This document shows, piece by piece, positions 1 to 9,578 of a stretch of DNA of 56,268 nt. Source of the DNA: Gammaproteobacteria bacterium (GTDB lineage: Bacteria; Pseudomonadota; Gammaproteobacteria; Ga0077536); the NCBI GenBank assembly GCA_016874535.1, contig VGUA01000001.1:107188-163455 (forward strand), written 5' to 3'. The translations under genes were made by a program, and so were the position numbers. A model generated the notes under the pieces. That model saw only the letters and a program-made list of their open reading frames with translations, was not told the origin of the DNA and ran no database searches. Position 1 is the first letter of the stretch. Every line of letters begins with the position of its first letter.

Positions 1-1948
1 AGGCAGTGAAAGTCACCCCGAGCAGCTTGCTCATGACCCGCCCGCGGACCCGCCAGAGACCCCCGTGCTTGCCGTCGAATGCGTTGCAGTACTCGCCCGG
101 CGAGATGGTCCAGGCGCGCGTCCCGTTGTCGCCCTTGCGAACCTCGACGATGTTCGGATTGTCCGGGTGGGGCTGGCAGATCCAGTAAAAGCCATTAGCG
201 GCCAGATACATGAAGCGCCCGCCCTGATGCTGGTAGTCGTGATAGGCCTGCATCTGCTGTTCGGACATGTATTCCGGGTGATGCCCGGTCAGCACCACCG
301 GATATTGCTTCAGCAGTGCGACACCCTCGCGCTGCACATCCTCGTCGACGAGGATGTCGACGTCGTATCCCATCTCGAACAGCCAGTCCACCAGATGCAG
401 ATCCGCGTTGAACTGCCACAGCGACGGTGACAGCACATGGATGTACTTCGGACGCATGTTGAGAATGGGCCGCAACCGCGACGAGATGTTCACACCCCAG
501 CCGTCGCGGTAGCTGGTGTAGGTACCCAGTCCATAGCCGCGCTCCTTGTTGAGCAGCAGATCACCGGGCTGCAATAACGGCACCTGACCAGTCAGCAGCT
601 GCGCGATCACGGAATTGACGCTGAGGTTGTCATTCGCGTACGCGAGATAGCTATGCATCGCAACGACGAAGGCAATTTTGGCCGTGGGTCCGTCCGCCGG
701 CGGTCGCACGAAGAACGGGATGTAGTCTTCACAGTCGGGGTCTGATGATCCATTGACTCGAAGGCGGGCAGCGTAGACCCCGCTCTTCATGGAGGCCGGA
801 ATCTTCAACCGGAAGGAAGGCTCCCAACGCGCGTCGTCCACGGATTCATCGTGGAAGTGAATCGCACCATACTCCTGGGGCGCGTGCCGGAAGCTCATGT
901 AATCCGACGACCAGTTGAAGCCCGTCACGCCGCGCACCGGCATATTGACGGCAATGCCATGGAGTCCATGCGGGCCGGCATCCACGATATGGGTGGACGC
1001 GGCATTCTCAGCGATATTCGCACTGAAATCCCACGCGCCGACGATCGCCTCACGCAGCTCACCCGGCAGCTGCTGCACACTGGAGGCGGCAAGCAGCAAT
1101 TCCACCTCGGCCGCAGACAGTGCGCGATTCGCGACACGCGGCCGCTCGATGCGGCCGTTGTACTTGTGGGTGTGCTCCGGCAACTCAACCGGTGCGGCCA
1201 GTTGTGCGTAGTGTGCGCCCTGGACGCTGCGCCCGGATTTGGGCACGAGCGTGCTTGCCGCCATCAGGAAGGGCGCATCGGTCGCGCGCGGCGGACCCAA
1301 GGACGAGCGGTAGCGAACGCTGGCGGCGGTGTCCTCGTGCGGATGGAGCATGCTCATGCCGTGTCCGCCGTTCGTGATGGTGACGTGCGGGATCTGCCAG
1401 ATCCGGACTTCACCACTCGTCGCGTCGTAGGATGCGCCGACCCGATACCACACCTTGCGGAACAGCGGTTTGCGGGTGGAGTACTCGACCAGGCGGCGGC
1501 GTCCGCGCCCGATGCGCAAGGTGAGCTCGCCGGCCTCGTTGATGAACAGGCCGTATCCGGTGTCGGTTTTCGCGTTCCACTTCGTCAAAAGCGCCTGCAT
1601 GCCGACAGGCACGTATTCGCAGTCGACAGTCGGTGTTGTCGGGTAGGCGTAGGCGCAGAGGGTGAAGCTCTCCACATCGAGCCGGGAATCGGCGGGCACC
1701 ATGAGATAGCTCCCCGCGTGCACTGGCTGATGTTGGCCCCGGTAGCGCCCGTTGACCGGGGTGCGCACCACTTTCTCCTTGAACCCCGGCCCCTCCGGAT
1801 TCGTGTCGCCGTGAATCAGCCGCACGATGTCGACCTGATAGGGCTCCTCGAATTCGCTGTGGACATGGAAGCCGATCTCGTCACCGGGCCGCACCGAGCA
1901 GCGGTCCGTGTAACCGGTAATCCTGAGCATCATTTGCTGGGTCGTCAT
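1..1948 (-). CDS. N,N-dimethylformamidase large (beta) subunit-like amidohydrolase, copy 2; 3' end runs off the window
   Basis: Not in the ORF track because there is no stop in the window. Manual translation from ATG at 1948 gives MTTQQMMLRITGYTDRCSVRPGDEIGFHVHSE...IVRLIHGDTNPEGPGFKE...SYLAYANDNL...LTGHHPEY, collinear with the paralog at 2843-5227. Confidence 0.85.
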   Translation of the reverse strand, partial: MTTQQMMLRITGYTDRCSVRPGDEIGFHVHSEFEEPYQVDIVRLIHGDTNPEGPGFKEKVVRTPVNGRYRGQHQPVHAGSYLMVPADSRLDVESFTLCAYAYPTTPTVDCEYVPVGMQALLTKWNAKTDTGYGLFINEAGELTLRIGRGRRRLVEYSTRKPLFRKVWYRVGASYDATSGEVRIWQIPHVTITNGGHGMSMLHPHEDTAASVRYRSSLGPPRATDAPFLMAASTLVPKSGRSVQGAHYAQLAAPVELPEHTHKYNGRIERPRVANRALSAAEVELLLAASSVQQLPGELREAIVGAWDFSANIAENAASTHIVDAGPHGLHGIAVNMPVRGVTGFNWSSDYMSFRHAPQEYGAIHFHDESVDDARWEPSFRLKIPASMKSGVYAARLRVNGSSDPDCEDYIPFFVRPPADGPTAKIAFVVAMHSYLAYANDNLSVNSVIAQLLTGQVPLLQPGDLLLNKERGYGLGTYTSYRDGWGVNISSRLRPILNMRPKYIHVLSPSLWQFNADLHLVDWLFEMGYDVDILVDEDVQREGVALLKQYPVVLTGHHPEYMSEQQMQAYHDYQHQGGRFMYLAANGFYWICQPHPDNPNIVEVRKGDNGTRAWTISPGEYCNAFDGKHGGLWRVRGRVMSKLLGVTFTA

Positions 1949-1962
1949 GCAGGGGTCCTTTC

Positions 1963-2397
1963 TCAGTACGCGAGACCGTAGCGGTCCATCAGTGCGCGCA
2001 GGCGGTGGAGAAAAATGGCGTGCTCGGCGTCTTCACGGGTGGCATGGCGTTCCCGTGTGATCTTGACGACTCCACCGCGTCGTCCCGGCAGGATGCCGAT
2101 GGCGTATTCCTGCCAAGGTATGGTCTCCACAATCGTGTGCTTGCCGGCCTGCGGCACCACCCGCAAGCGGTCAATCAGACGCTTCAAATCCGGGCTGTGG
2201 TTGGGCGGGGGACTGCCCGGCTGGGACGCCGCACCACGTGGATGGGCGCGATGCTCGGCGATGAGTTCGGCGCGCCGCACCGGGTCGCGGAGCGCAGGCA
2301 GGATATAGGTCCGGATGTCATAGTCGTCCACGGTGGTGTAGCCGTAGTCGCGGGCCAGCGCGGTGTCAGGCCCCGTTTTACGTCGTGTCGCCATCAT
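1963..2397 (-). CDS. N,N-dimethylformamidase small (alpha) subunit-like protein
   Basis: MMATRRKTG...LIAEHRAHPRG...HSPDLKRLIDRLR...GKHTIVETIPWQEYAIG...AEHAIFLHRL. Directly upstream of a large subunit gene and similar to 5290-5700. GGGG RBS-like sequence before ATG 2397. Confidence 0.75.
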   Translation of the reverse strand: MMATRRKTGPDTALARDYGYTTVDDYDIRTYILPALRDPVRRAELIAEHRAHPRGAASQPGSPPPNHSPDLKRLIDRLRVVPQAGKHTIVETIPWQEYAIGILPGRRGGVVKITRERHATREDAEHAIFLHRLRALMDRYGLAY

Positions 2398-2465
2398 GTT
2401 CCCCGTCTGTCGGGTTGTGCGGCGCAGCCACGCCGCGATGTCATGGGTAGCCCTTGCGGGCCTTC

Positions 2466-2846
2466 TCACAAGCTGCGCGCAGGGGGCCTTTCGCCTCGTT
2501 CCTCGCGCAGGCGCTCGGCGGCGCGTTGCGCCGCCACGGGATCATCGTATTCCATTGTCTCGTAAAGCACGACCGGACGCGCCCGGTCCGCACTCAGTTG
2601 CCCCACGCACCACCGCGCGCCTGGTTGGGTGCAAACCACGACGTAAGCCCCCGGGATGGGGCCGAAGCGTCGGTTGTTCAGTGTAAACAGACATTCGGTG
2701 AGCTGGTTGACGCGGTCAGGGTCCAGATCTCCAAACACCGTGCTCTCCAGCGAGCTCGGTCCGCCCTCGAGTGCCGGCATCACGTGCTTGCCCGTCGGCG
2801 GCGCCACCGGTTTTGCGGCCGACGGTTGCGCTGAGGCGCGTCTCAT
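2466..2846 (-). CDS. Hypothetical protein, probable divergent DMFase small-subunit paralog
   Basis: ATGA overlap with the large-subunit stop. Segment PIPGAYVVVCTQPGARWCVGQLSADRARPV...YDDPVAAQRA aligns by eye with the C-terminal halves of the small subunits. Confidence 0.6.
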   Translation of the reverse strand: MRRASAQPSAAKPVAPPTGKHVMPALEGGPSSLESTVFGDLDPDRVNQLTECLFTLNNRRFGPIPGAYVVVCTQPGARWCVGQLSADRARPVVLYETMEYDDPVAAQRAAERLREERGERPPARSL

Positions 2847-5227
2847 GGCAGCGGGCCCGGCTTCAGGAAGCCGTCAAGGACGTTTTTCATGAGCCGTGAC
2901 ACGTTGTTCCGGTAGGCATTGTGCGAAAGGGCACCGCACCACGCGAGCGACCCGGGCGCGAACACCGCGCCGTCGCCCGGTGTCTTGTAGTAGATCATGT
3001 CGGCCCGGATCATCGGGTTCTCGTCGCCACCGCCGTAGTAGCCGCGCACCGTGAAATGGATTTCCTCGTTCACCTGCATCATCAGATCCGTGTGTCCTTC
3101 CGAGCGCGCGAGCAGGAAGGCGTTATGAGGGGTGCCGAACTCGAGGTCGTAGCGATCGATCTCGAGACCGGCGGCGCCGCCGCCCACCAGCCCGAAGTCA
3201 CCGATGATTTCGTCCTTTCCGATGCCTTTGAACATCCATGCGCACTCCGGCCGCAGGCTGTCCGCTTCGCGCCGATAGTAGGTCGAGACATCAAAACCAT
3301 AGCCGGTGAAGGTCAGGCCGCAGACCTTGCTTGGAATTCGGCCGCGGGCGCGCCACATGCCGCCGAATTTGCCATCAAAGGCGTTGTTGTATTCGCCGGG
3401 ATTGGCGGTCCACGCCCGCGTGCCGGCTTCGCCCTTTCGCACCTCGATGAGGTTGCTGTTATCGGGGTGGTACTGGCTGCACCAGTAAAAACCGTTCGCG
3501 CCGAGGTACAGCCAGCGGCCGCCGCCCGCCTGGTAAGCCTCGTAGGCATCAAGCATCTTTTCCGAGGAGTACTCCGGATGGCTGCCCGTCAGCACCATAC
3601 GGTAGCGGTTCAACAGGTCGACGCCCTCGCGGTCCAGATCTTCATCGGTGTGGACATCGAAGGTGTAGCCCATCTGCTCCAGCCAGTCCGTCAAGTGCAG
3701 GTCGGCATTGAACTGCCACAGGGAGGGCGAGAGCCAATGGCGGTACTTCGGGCGCATGTTGAGAATGGGGCGCAGCCGTGAGCTGTAACAGACGCCGCTG
3801 CCGTCAGAATGACACGAGTACGTGGAAAGTCCGTACTCGCGGTGTTCGTTCAGGTAGAGATCCGAGGCATTCATGATGGGCACGCGGCCCGCGAGCAACT
3901 GGGCCACGACCGAGTTCGTTGCGAGGTTGTCGTTCGAGTACGCCATGTAGCTGTTGGTCGGTGCGATGAAGGCAATCTTGGCGGTGGCTTTTCCGCGCGG
4001 CGGGCGCACGAAGAAGGGGATGTAGTCCTCGGTCTCAGGCGAACTCTTGCCGCCGATGCGCAGACGCGCCGCATACACGCCGCTCCGCAGCTTGGCCGGG
4101 ATCGTCCAGCGGAAATCGACCTCCCAGCGCGCATCATCGATGTCATCGTCGTGGAAGTGGATCGCGCCGTATTCCTGCGGTGCGTGATGGTAGACGATGT
4201 CGTCACCGGTCCAGTTGTAGCCCGTCATGCCCCTGACCGGAAGATTGATCGCAAATCCGTTCAGGCGCGCCGGCGAGACGTCCAGAATCTGGCAGGACGC
4301 GATGTTTCGAGTGATGTTGGCGTGGAAGTCCCAAGCCCCAATCACTTTCGCGCGCAGCGCGGCGCTGCAACCCTCGTAGCCCCGCGCGAGCGCATCAATC
4401 TCGGCTTTCGACAACGCTGACCCGGAAACCCGCGGGCGATCGATCTTGCCGTTGTAGCACCAGGTCTGCTCGGGAAGGGCCACTGGCTCTTTCGCTTCCC
4501 GGTAATGTCCGCCGTGGATCGAGCGGCCAGTGTTGGCCTGTGCCGTCGCGGCCGCGAACAGCAAAGGAGCCTCGTTGGCCGCGGGGCGATGTGCACTTTT
4601 TGCCTTCACTGTAGCGCTCGTTTCGCTCGCCGGGTGCAGCAGTGCCATGCCCAGCCCACCGTTGGTCGATGACACGACCGGCTCCTGATACAGCACTACC
4701 TGCCCGCTTTTTGCGTCGTAACTCGCGGCGACGAGATACCAGACCTTGCGCAGCAGCGGCTTGCCGCTGGTGACGGTCGTCAGCTTGCCCCGAGCGCCGC
4801 CAATCATCACGGCGAGGCAGCCGGCCGCATCAACGAACAGGCCGTAGCCGGTCTTTTTGTCGACGTCCCATTTGGTGACGATGCCCTGCATGCCTTTGTC
4901 GTGACAGTAACCATGCGGGCCGGGACCTGGTGTCGTTGGGAAAATGAAGGCCTGCAAGGTGAAGCTCGCGCAGTCGAGTCGCCGATCGTCCGGCACCACC
5001 ACGTAGGAGCCGCCGTGAATGCGCTGGGGCCTGCCCTTCATCCGTGTGTTGCACTCCGCTGCGATCTCCTCCTCCTTGAAGCCCGGTCCCTCCGGATTGG
5101 TGTCGCCGTGGATCAGGCGGACGATCTGCACGTCATAGCGTTCGCCCTGCTCCGAGTTCACGTGAAAACTCAGCGTGTCGCCGGGACACGCGGAATAGCG
5201 GTCGCTGTAGCCGGTAATACGTAGCAT
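2843..5227 (-). CDS. N,N-dimethylformamidase large (beta) subunit-like amidohydrolase, copy 1
   Basis: 794 aa from MLRITGYSDRYSACPGD. LamG-like N-terminal part (WYLVAASYD, YNGKIDRP), then YMAYSND, GLSTY, FNADLHLTDWLE, LTGSHPEY and YLGANGFYW motifs typical of the DmfA2 family. Confidence 0.88.
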   Translation of the reverse strand: MLRITGYSDRYSACPGDTLSFHVNSEQGERYDVQIVRLIHGDTNPEGPGFKEEEIAAECNTRMKGRPQRIHGGSYVVVPDDRRLDCASFTLQAFIFPTTPGPGPHGYCHDKGMQGIVTKWDVDKKTGYGLFVDAAGCLAVMIGGARGKLTTVTSGKPLLRKVWYLVAASYDAKSGQVVLYQEPVVSSTNGGLGMALLHPASETSATVKAKSAHRPAANEAPLLFAAATAQANTGRSIHGGHYREAKEPVALPEQTWCYNGKIDRPRVSGSALSKAEIDALARGYEGCSAALRAKVIGAWDFHANITRNIASCQILDVSPARLNGFAINLPVRGMTGYNWTGDDIVYHHAPQEYGAIHFHDDDIDDARWEVDFRWTIPAKLRSGVYAARLRIGGKSSPETEDYIPFFVRPPRGKATAKIAFIAPTNSYMAYSNDNLATNSVVAQLLAGRVPIMNASDLYLNEHREYGLSTYSCHSDGSGVCYSSRLRPILNMRPKYRHWLSPSLWQFNADLHLTDWLEQMGYTFDVHTDEDLDREGVDLLNRYRMVLTGSHPEYSSEKMLDAYEAYQAGGGRWLYLGANGFYWCSQYHPDNSNLIEVRKGEAGTRAWTANPGEYNNAFDGKFGGMWRARGRIPSKVCGLTFTGYGFDVSTYYRREADSLRPECAWMFKGIGKDEIIGDFGLVGGGAAGLEIDRYDLEFGTPHNAFLLARSEGHTDLMMQVNEEIHFTVRGYYGGGDENPMIRADMIYYKTPGDGAVFAPGSLAWCGALSHNAYRNNVSRLMKNVLDGFLKPGPLP

Positions 5228-5266
5228 GGGGTCCCCCGCAGTGATTGAGTGGGCGCGTCGACGGGT

Positions 5267-5290
5267 AAAAAAAACCGCGCAATGCGCGGT
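5267..5290 (-). terminator. Intrinsic terminator-like hairpin between the small- and large-subunit genes
   Basis: Minus strand reads CCGCGC-ATT-GCGCGG followed by T8, immediately after the TGA of 5290-5700. Confidence 0.6.
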
Positions 5291-5700
5291 CAGTATCCGT
5301 AGGTTGCGAGCAGGTCCCGCACCCGCCTGACGAAAATCGCGTGTTCGCACGCGTCCTCGCTTGGATATCTATGCTCGAGTATCTGCACGGGTTTGCCGCG
5401 CACCCCGGAAGCGATTCCGATGCGATAGTCCGTGTGGGGTGCCACGCAGATTCTCACGTATTTGCCTGCCATCGGCGCGCGCCTGAGCTTGTCGATAACA
5501 CGCGCCAGATCATCGCTGTGCTGGACGCCGCGGCGGCCCGCCTGACCGGGTTTACCGATAGGGTTGTCGCGATGCTCCGCGATGAGCCGATCCCGGGATG
5601 CCGGGTCGACAAGCAGCGGCAGAATGTGGGTGCGGGTGATGAAATCGTCAGTCGCGGAATGGCCGCGGTTGGCCTGGACACCGGTGAGCTTTCTGGCCAT
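5290..5700 (-). CDS. N,N-dimethylformamidase small (alpha) subunit-like protein
   Basis: LIAEHRDNPIGKP...HSDDLARVIDKLRRAPMAGKYVRICVAPHTDYRIG...CEHAIFVRRV. First gene of the minus-strand operon, with GGGGAG RBS. Confidence 0.78.
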   Translation of the reverse strand: MARKLTGVQANRGHSATDDFITRTHILPLLVDPASRDRLIAEHRDNPIGKPGQAGRRGVQHSDDLARVIDKLRRAPMAGKYVRICVAPHTDYRIGIASGVRGKPVQILEHRYPSEDACEHAIFVRRVRDLLATYGY

Positions 5701-5732
5701 GAACTCTCCCCCTTGGGCAATTACTCGCCAAG

Positions 5733-5744
5733 TTGGTATAACAA
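5733..5744. promoter_or_regulatory. Candidate GntR-family operator in divergent promoter
   Basis: TTGGTATAACAA is one mismatch from the palindrome TTGGTATACCAA and sits in the 85-bp divergent intergenic gap. Confidence 0.4.
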
Positions 5745-5785
5745 GTCCACCAATAGCGGGGAACAGCTATGAGCAGGCACAACCC

Positions 5786-7162
5786 ATGACCCCACACACC
5801 GCCCCCATCGTGCCCCGTCAATGGCAGGTCGACAGTCCCGGCGAGCTTGCCGACTTGTTTGCGCGCGAACGCATTGAGTTGGTGCACGCGGGGCTTTTCG
5901 ATACCGAAGGTGTGTTCCGGGAGAAACGGTTGCCGGCGAAGCTCGCGCTGCACTATGCGAAAGAGGGCTGGTCCTTCATCGATGCGCTGCCGTTCTGGGG
6001 GCCAAACGATGCGGTGCGTGCAGACCGGGCCTACCACAGCGAACCCTGCGCCATAGACTGTGCCAGTGTGCGGCCCTATCCGTTTGAAGCCAGCGCGGCG
6101 CTGCTGGTTGCGGACTACTGCGGCAACAGCGCCAATCTGTCGCCGCGCACGCTGCTCTCACGTCAGTTGGCGCGCGCGCAGGGAATGGGTTTCCAGGCAC
6201 TGGGGGCCTCGGAATTCGAATTCATCCTGCTGGCCGAAACACCCGCCACGGTGGCGGCGAAGGACTACCAGAGTCTGACCACTCACGCGCAGGAAAACCG
6301 CTGCTGGTCAGGCCTCTACCCGGCGACCGGGGCCGCCTTCCTGCGCGACTATGACCAATGCCTGCGCAGCGGCGACATCCCGCTGCACCACCTCTGTGCG
6401 GAATTGGGCCCGGGTTGTCTGGAAGCGTCCTTGCCGGTGCGGCCACTGCTCACCGCCGCCGACGATGCGGCACTGTTCAAACTCCACACCAAGGCCTTTG
6501 CGATCGAGCGTGGTCACATCGCCTCCTTCATGGCCCAGCTGTCTGATCAGCATCCCGGGCTTGGGGGTCACCCGATCCTTTCGCTACGCAGCACGGCGGA
6601 TGGCACGGCGAGCTTCCACGATGCCGCCGACCCGCTCGGGATTTCCGCGACCTGTCGCCAGTTCATCGCAGGGGTGCTGCATGCATTGCCCGACCTGATG
6701 CCCATGTTCGCCGGGACCGTCAACGCCTACCGGCGCTACGTTCCGGGCAATTGGGCGCCGCGCACCGCAACCTGGGGCATCGACAACTACACCTGCGCCA
6801 TCCGTGTTGTCGCGGGCGCGCCGGACGATTGCCGTATCGAATTTCGCCTGCCGGGGGCGGACACCAACGCCCATCTGGCGTTCGCCATGTTGCTTGGGGC
6901 CGGACTCGACGGCATCGAGCGTCGCCTGGAGGCTCCGCCAGCCACCACAACCCTCGGGCGCGAGCTCGTGCACCCCGGGATCGGTCCGCTGCCGCGCACC
7001 CTCCTGGAAGCTGCGGAGCGCATGGCCGCGAGCCCGCTGGCGCGGCGTTTTTTCGGTGATGCCTTCGTCGACCACTACACGGCGTCCTGCATCCAGGAGG
7101 ATCACCTCATGCGTCGCCACGTGCCGGCGTTCGAGCGGGCACGGTACCTGCATCACGTTTGA
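5786..7162 (+). CDS. Glutamine synthetase-like protein (gamma-glutamyl-amine ligase family)
   Basis: ASEFEF, ELGPGCLE, GLGGHPILS, NAYRRYVPGNWAP, WGIDNYTCAIRV and RIEFRLPGADTNAHLA motifs. Start trimmed to ATG 5786. Confidence 0.85.
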   Translation: MTPHTAPIVPRQWQVDSPGELADLFARERIELVHAGLFDTEGVFREKRLPAKLALHYAKEGWSFIDALPFWGPNDAVRADRAYHSEPCAIDCASVRPYPFEASAALLVADYCGNSANLSPRTLLSRQLARAQGMGFQALGASEFEFILLAETPATVAAKDYQSLTTHAQENRCWSGLYPATGAAFLRDYDQCLRSGDIPLHHLCAELGPGCLEASLPVRPLLTAADDAALFKLHTKAFAIERGHIASFMAQLSDQHPGLGGHPILSLRSTADGTASFHDAADPLGISATCRQFIAGVLHALPDLMPMFAGTVNAYRRYVPGNWAPRTATWGIDNYTCAIRVVAGAPDDCRIEFRLPGADTNAHLAFAMLLGAGLDGIERRLEAPPATTTLGRELVHPGIGPLPRTLLEAAERMAASPLARRFFGDAFVDHYTASCIQEDHLMRRHVPAFERARYLHHV

Positions 7163-7209
7163 TTTGGTTTGCCCGTTCCAACCACGCTCAAACGCCCGGA
7201 GGCCCCCAG

Positions 7210-8676
7210 ATGACAGCCTTGGAAACCTATGTGAAGGACGCCCAACGGATGGAGGGCGTGAAGAAAGTACGCGCGCTCATCAATTCGCTCGGTATCGAAT
7301 ACATCTACTACCAGTTCGTGTCGGTGACCGGTCGCATCGTCGGCAAGGGAGCACCGGCCGACCACTGGGAACGGCTGGCGACCAAGGGCTTCCAGCTCGT
7401 TTACGGCTCCACGGCCAACCTTTTCATCAGTCGCAAGGGTCGCTACCTGGGCTACGGGCCCGAGGCCAGCGAACTGGTGGGTATAGCCGACCCCGAGACG
7501 TTCGTGCAGTTGCCTTGGGAGCCGCGCGTCGCGCGCGTGTTCTGCACACTGTTCCGCAACCGCGAGGAGCCTGTCTACCCGGGTGGTTTCCTCACGTCCG
7601 ACTGTCGCGGCAACCTGAAACGTATGCACGCCGCGTTCGAAAAGAAGCATGGCCTGCGCCTGCGGCTGGGCACCGAGCCAGAAATGATGTGGCTGAAGAA
7701 GGGCCCGGACGGCAAACCGGACGGTGGCGTGACCCGCCCGTACTGTTACCACATCGATCAGTTCGAGGAGCTGCGCCCGCTGACTCTCAAGGTCAACGAG
7801 TACTGCCGCAAGATGGGACTCGACATGATTCAGGGCGACCACGAGGATGCGCCCGGCCAGCTCGAACTCAATTGGGCTTTCGATGATGTGCTGCGCACCT
7901 CGGATCGCCTCACCACCTATCGCCAGATCTGCGCGCAGGTGGCCCGCGAATTCAATGTCATCGCCTGCTTCATGACCAAGCCGTTCATGCGCCTGTCGGC
8001 CAACGGCTGCCATCACAATTTTTCGCTGTGGAAGGGTGGCAAGGATGTGGTGAACCACTTCGGTGGCCTGTCCAAACACGGGATGTCGGATGTCTACACC
8101 TACGTGACAGGGGGGCAGAACAAATTTGATCCGGAGGGAGACGATCCGCGCATGCCGGGCCAAATCGGGGTGCGGGCTGCTGGCGGCATCGTGCGTCACC
8201 TGCCGGCCCTCACAGCACTCGGTGCCTCGACAGTCAACTCCTATCGACGCCTGCTCGATCAGGGATATTGGGCGCCGGTCTACAACAATTGGGGTTACCA
8301 GAACCGCACCTGTGCGTTGCGCGTTTCAGCGCCGGGCCGCTTCGAATATCGCGCGGTCGACTCGATGGTCAATCCTTACCTGCTGAACTCCGCACTGCTG
8401 GCGGTGATGGATGAGGGGATCTCGAAAAAGCTCGACCCTGGTCCGCTGGAGCAGCGCAACATCTACGAGCTCGAGCTCGCCGGCAAGAAAGTGGTGAAGC
8501 TGCCGTCGAACCTCGGTGCCGCGCTCGATGCGATGGAGGCTGACTCCCTTGTGCGCAGTGCGCTGCCCGGCGAGATGTGGGATGTCTTCATCGACTACAA
8601 GCGCGACGAGTGGGACAAATTCATGGCCACAGTCACGCAATGGGACCACGATACCTACATGGACTGTCTGCCCTGA
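7210..8676 (+). CDS. Glutamine synthetase-like ligase (GmaS/GlnT-related)
   Basis: GTEPEMMWL, DHEDAPGQLELN, ANGCHHNFSLW, NSYRRL and NRTCALRVSAPGRFEYRAVDSMVNPYL motifs. GGAGG RBS before ATG 7210. Confidence 0.85.
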   Translation: MTALETYVKDAQRMEGVKKVRALINSLGIEYIYYQFVSVTGRIVGKGAPADHWERLATKGFQLVYGSTANLFISRKGRYLGYGPEASELVGIADPETFVQLPWEPRVARVFCTLFRNREEPVYPGGFLTSDCRGNLKRMHAAFEKKHGLRLRLGTEPEMMWLKKGPDGKPDGGVTRPYCYHIDQFEELRPLTLKVNEYCRKMGLDMIQGDHEDAPGQLELNWAFDDVLRTSDRLTTYRQICAQVAREFNVIACFMTKPFMRLSANGCHHNFSLWKGGKDVVNHFGGLSKHGMSDVYTYVTGGQNKFDPEGDDPRMPGQIGVRAAGGIVRHLPALTALGASTVNSYRRLLDQGYWAPVYNNWGYQNRTCALRVSAPGRFEYRAVDSMVNPYLLNSALLAVMDEGISKKLDPGPLEQRNIYELELAGKKVVKLPSNLGAALDAMEADSLVRSALPGEMWDVFIDYKRDEWDKFMATVTQWDHDTYMDCLP

Positions 8677-8693
8677 CGCGGAGGGGAACGACG

Positions 8694-9578
8694 ATGAAGG
8701 AATTCGAGATCAGCGACAACCAGGTTGAGGACTTCGAACGCGACGGCTTCATCGTCGTTGACCGCATCATCAGCGACGAAGAGGTCGCCTTGCTGCGTGA
8801 GCGCTACGATCTCCTGTTCAAAGGGCAATGGGAAACAGGCCTCGTGCCGGACGAGGTCAACTGGCAGGAGGGGCGCGATCCCCCAGACAGCACGCGCCAG
8901 ATCTGCAACGGTTGGAAGTCTGATCGTTATGTGGCGGGTGTGATCCTCCAGGAGTCAATCGGGCGCGCCTGTGCAAAGCTCGGCCGCTGGCCCGGCACCC
9001 GCCTCAGCCAGGACAACATTCTGTGGAAGCCACCCGGCGGCAAGCCGCTGGGTTTCCATCAGGATTCCTCTTATGAGCTCTGGACCACGCTCCCGGACTG
9101 GGTGAGTTGCTGGATTGCGCTGGACGACACCACCGCCGAGGGTGGCACCGTTGAATACGTGCGTGGTTCGAATCATTGGGGCCGCTCGGGCATGATTGAG
9201 CAGTTCCACGCGCCCGAAAACCCCGTGAAGGATCTCGACAAGGCGGCGGCCGCAGCGGGCGTGAAGACGATTGAGCGCGTGCCCATCGTGGTGAAGGCCG
9301 GAGGCGGTGCGTTCCACGGCGGATGGACCTGGCACGGATCCGACATCAATCGGCGCGATGTACCGCGCCGCGCGATAGTGGCGCACTGCATGTCGAGCGA
9401 GACGCGCTTCCACCCCACCTACGTTGGCTACATCTACAGCCGCTACAAGCGGTTCGGCGATGACACGATGGACGAGTCCTTCTTCCCGGTGACGTGGCGG
9501 CAGGATGGCTATCGATCGCCTTTCATAGATCCCTATTCCGCGCGACGCATCACCTGGGGCGAAGCGCTACCAACATGA
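8694..9578 (+). CDS. Phytanoyl-CoA dioxygenase (PhyH) family Fe(II)/2-oxoglutarate dioxygenase
   Basis: FERDGFIVV, FHQD (HxD), CWIALDDTTAEGGTVEYVRGS, WHGS and RRA motifs. GGAGG RBS. Confidence 0.88.
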   Translation: MKEFEISDNQVEDFERDGFIVVDRIISDEEVALLRERYDLLFKGQWETGLVPDEVNWQEGRDPPDSTRQICNGWKSDRYVAGVILQESIGRACAKLGRWPGTRLSQDNILWKPPGGKPLGFHQDSSYELWTTLPDWVSCWIALDDTTAEGGTVEYVRGSNHWGRSGMIEQFHAPENPVKDLDKAAAAAGVKTIERVPIVVKAGGGAFHGGWTWHGSDINRRDVPRRAIVAHCMSSETRFHPTYVGYIYSRYKRFGDDTMDESFFPVTWRQDGYRSPFIDPYSARRITWGEALPT

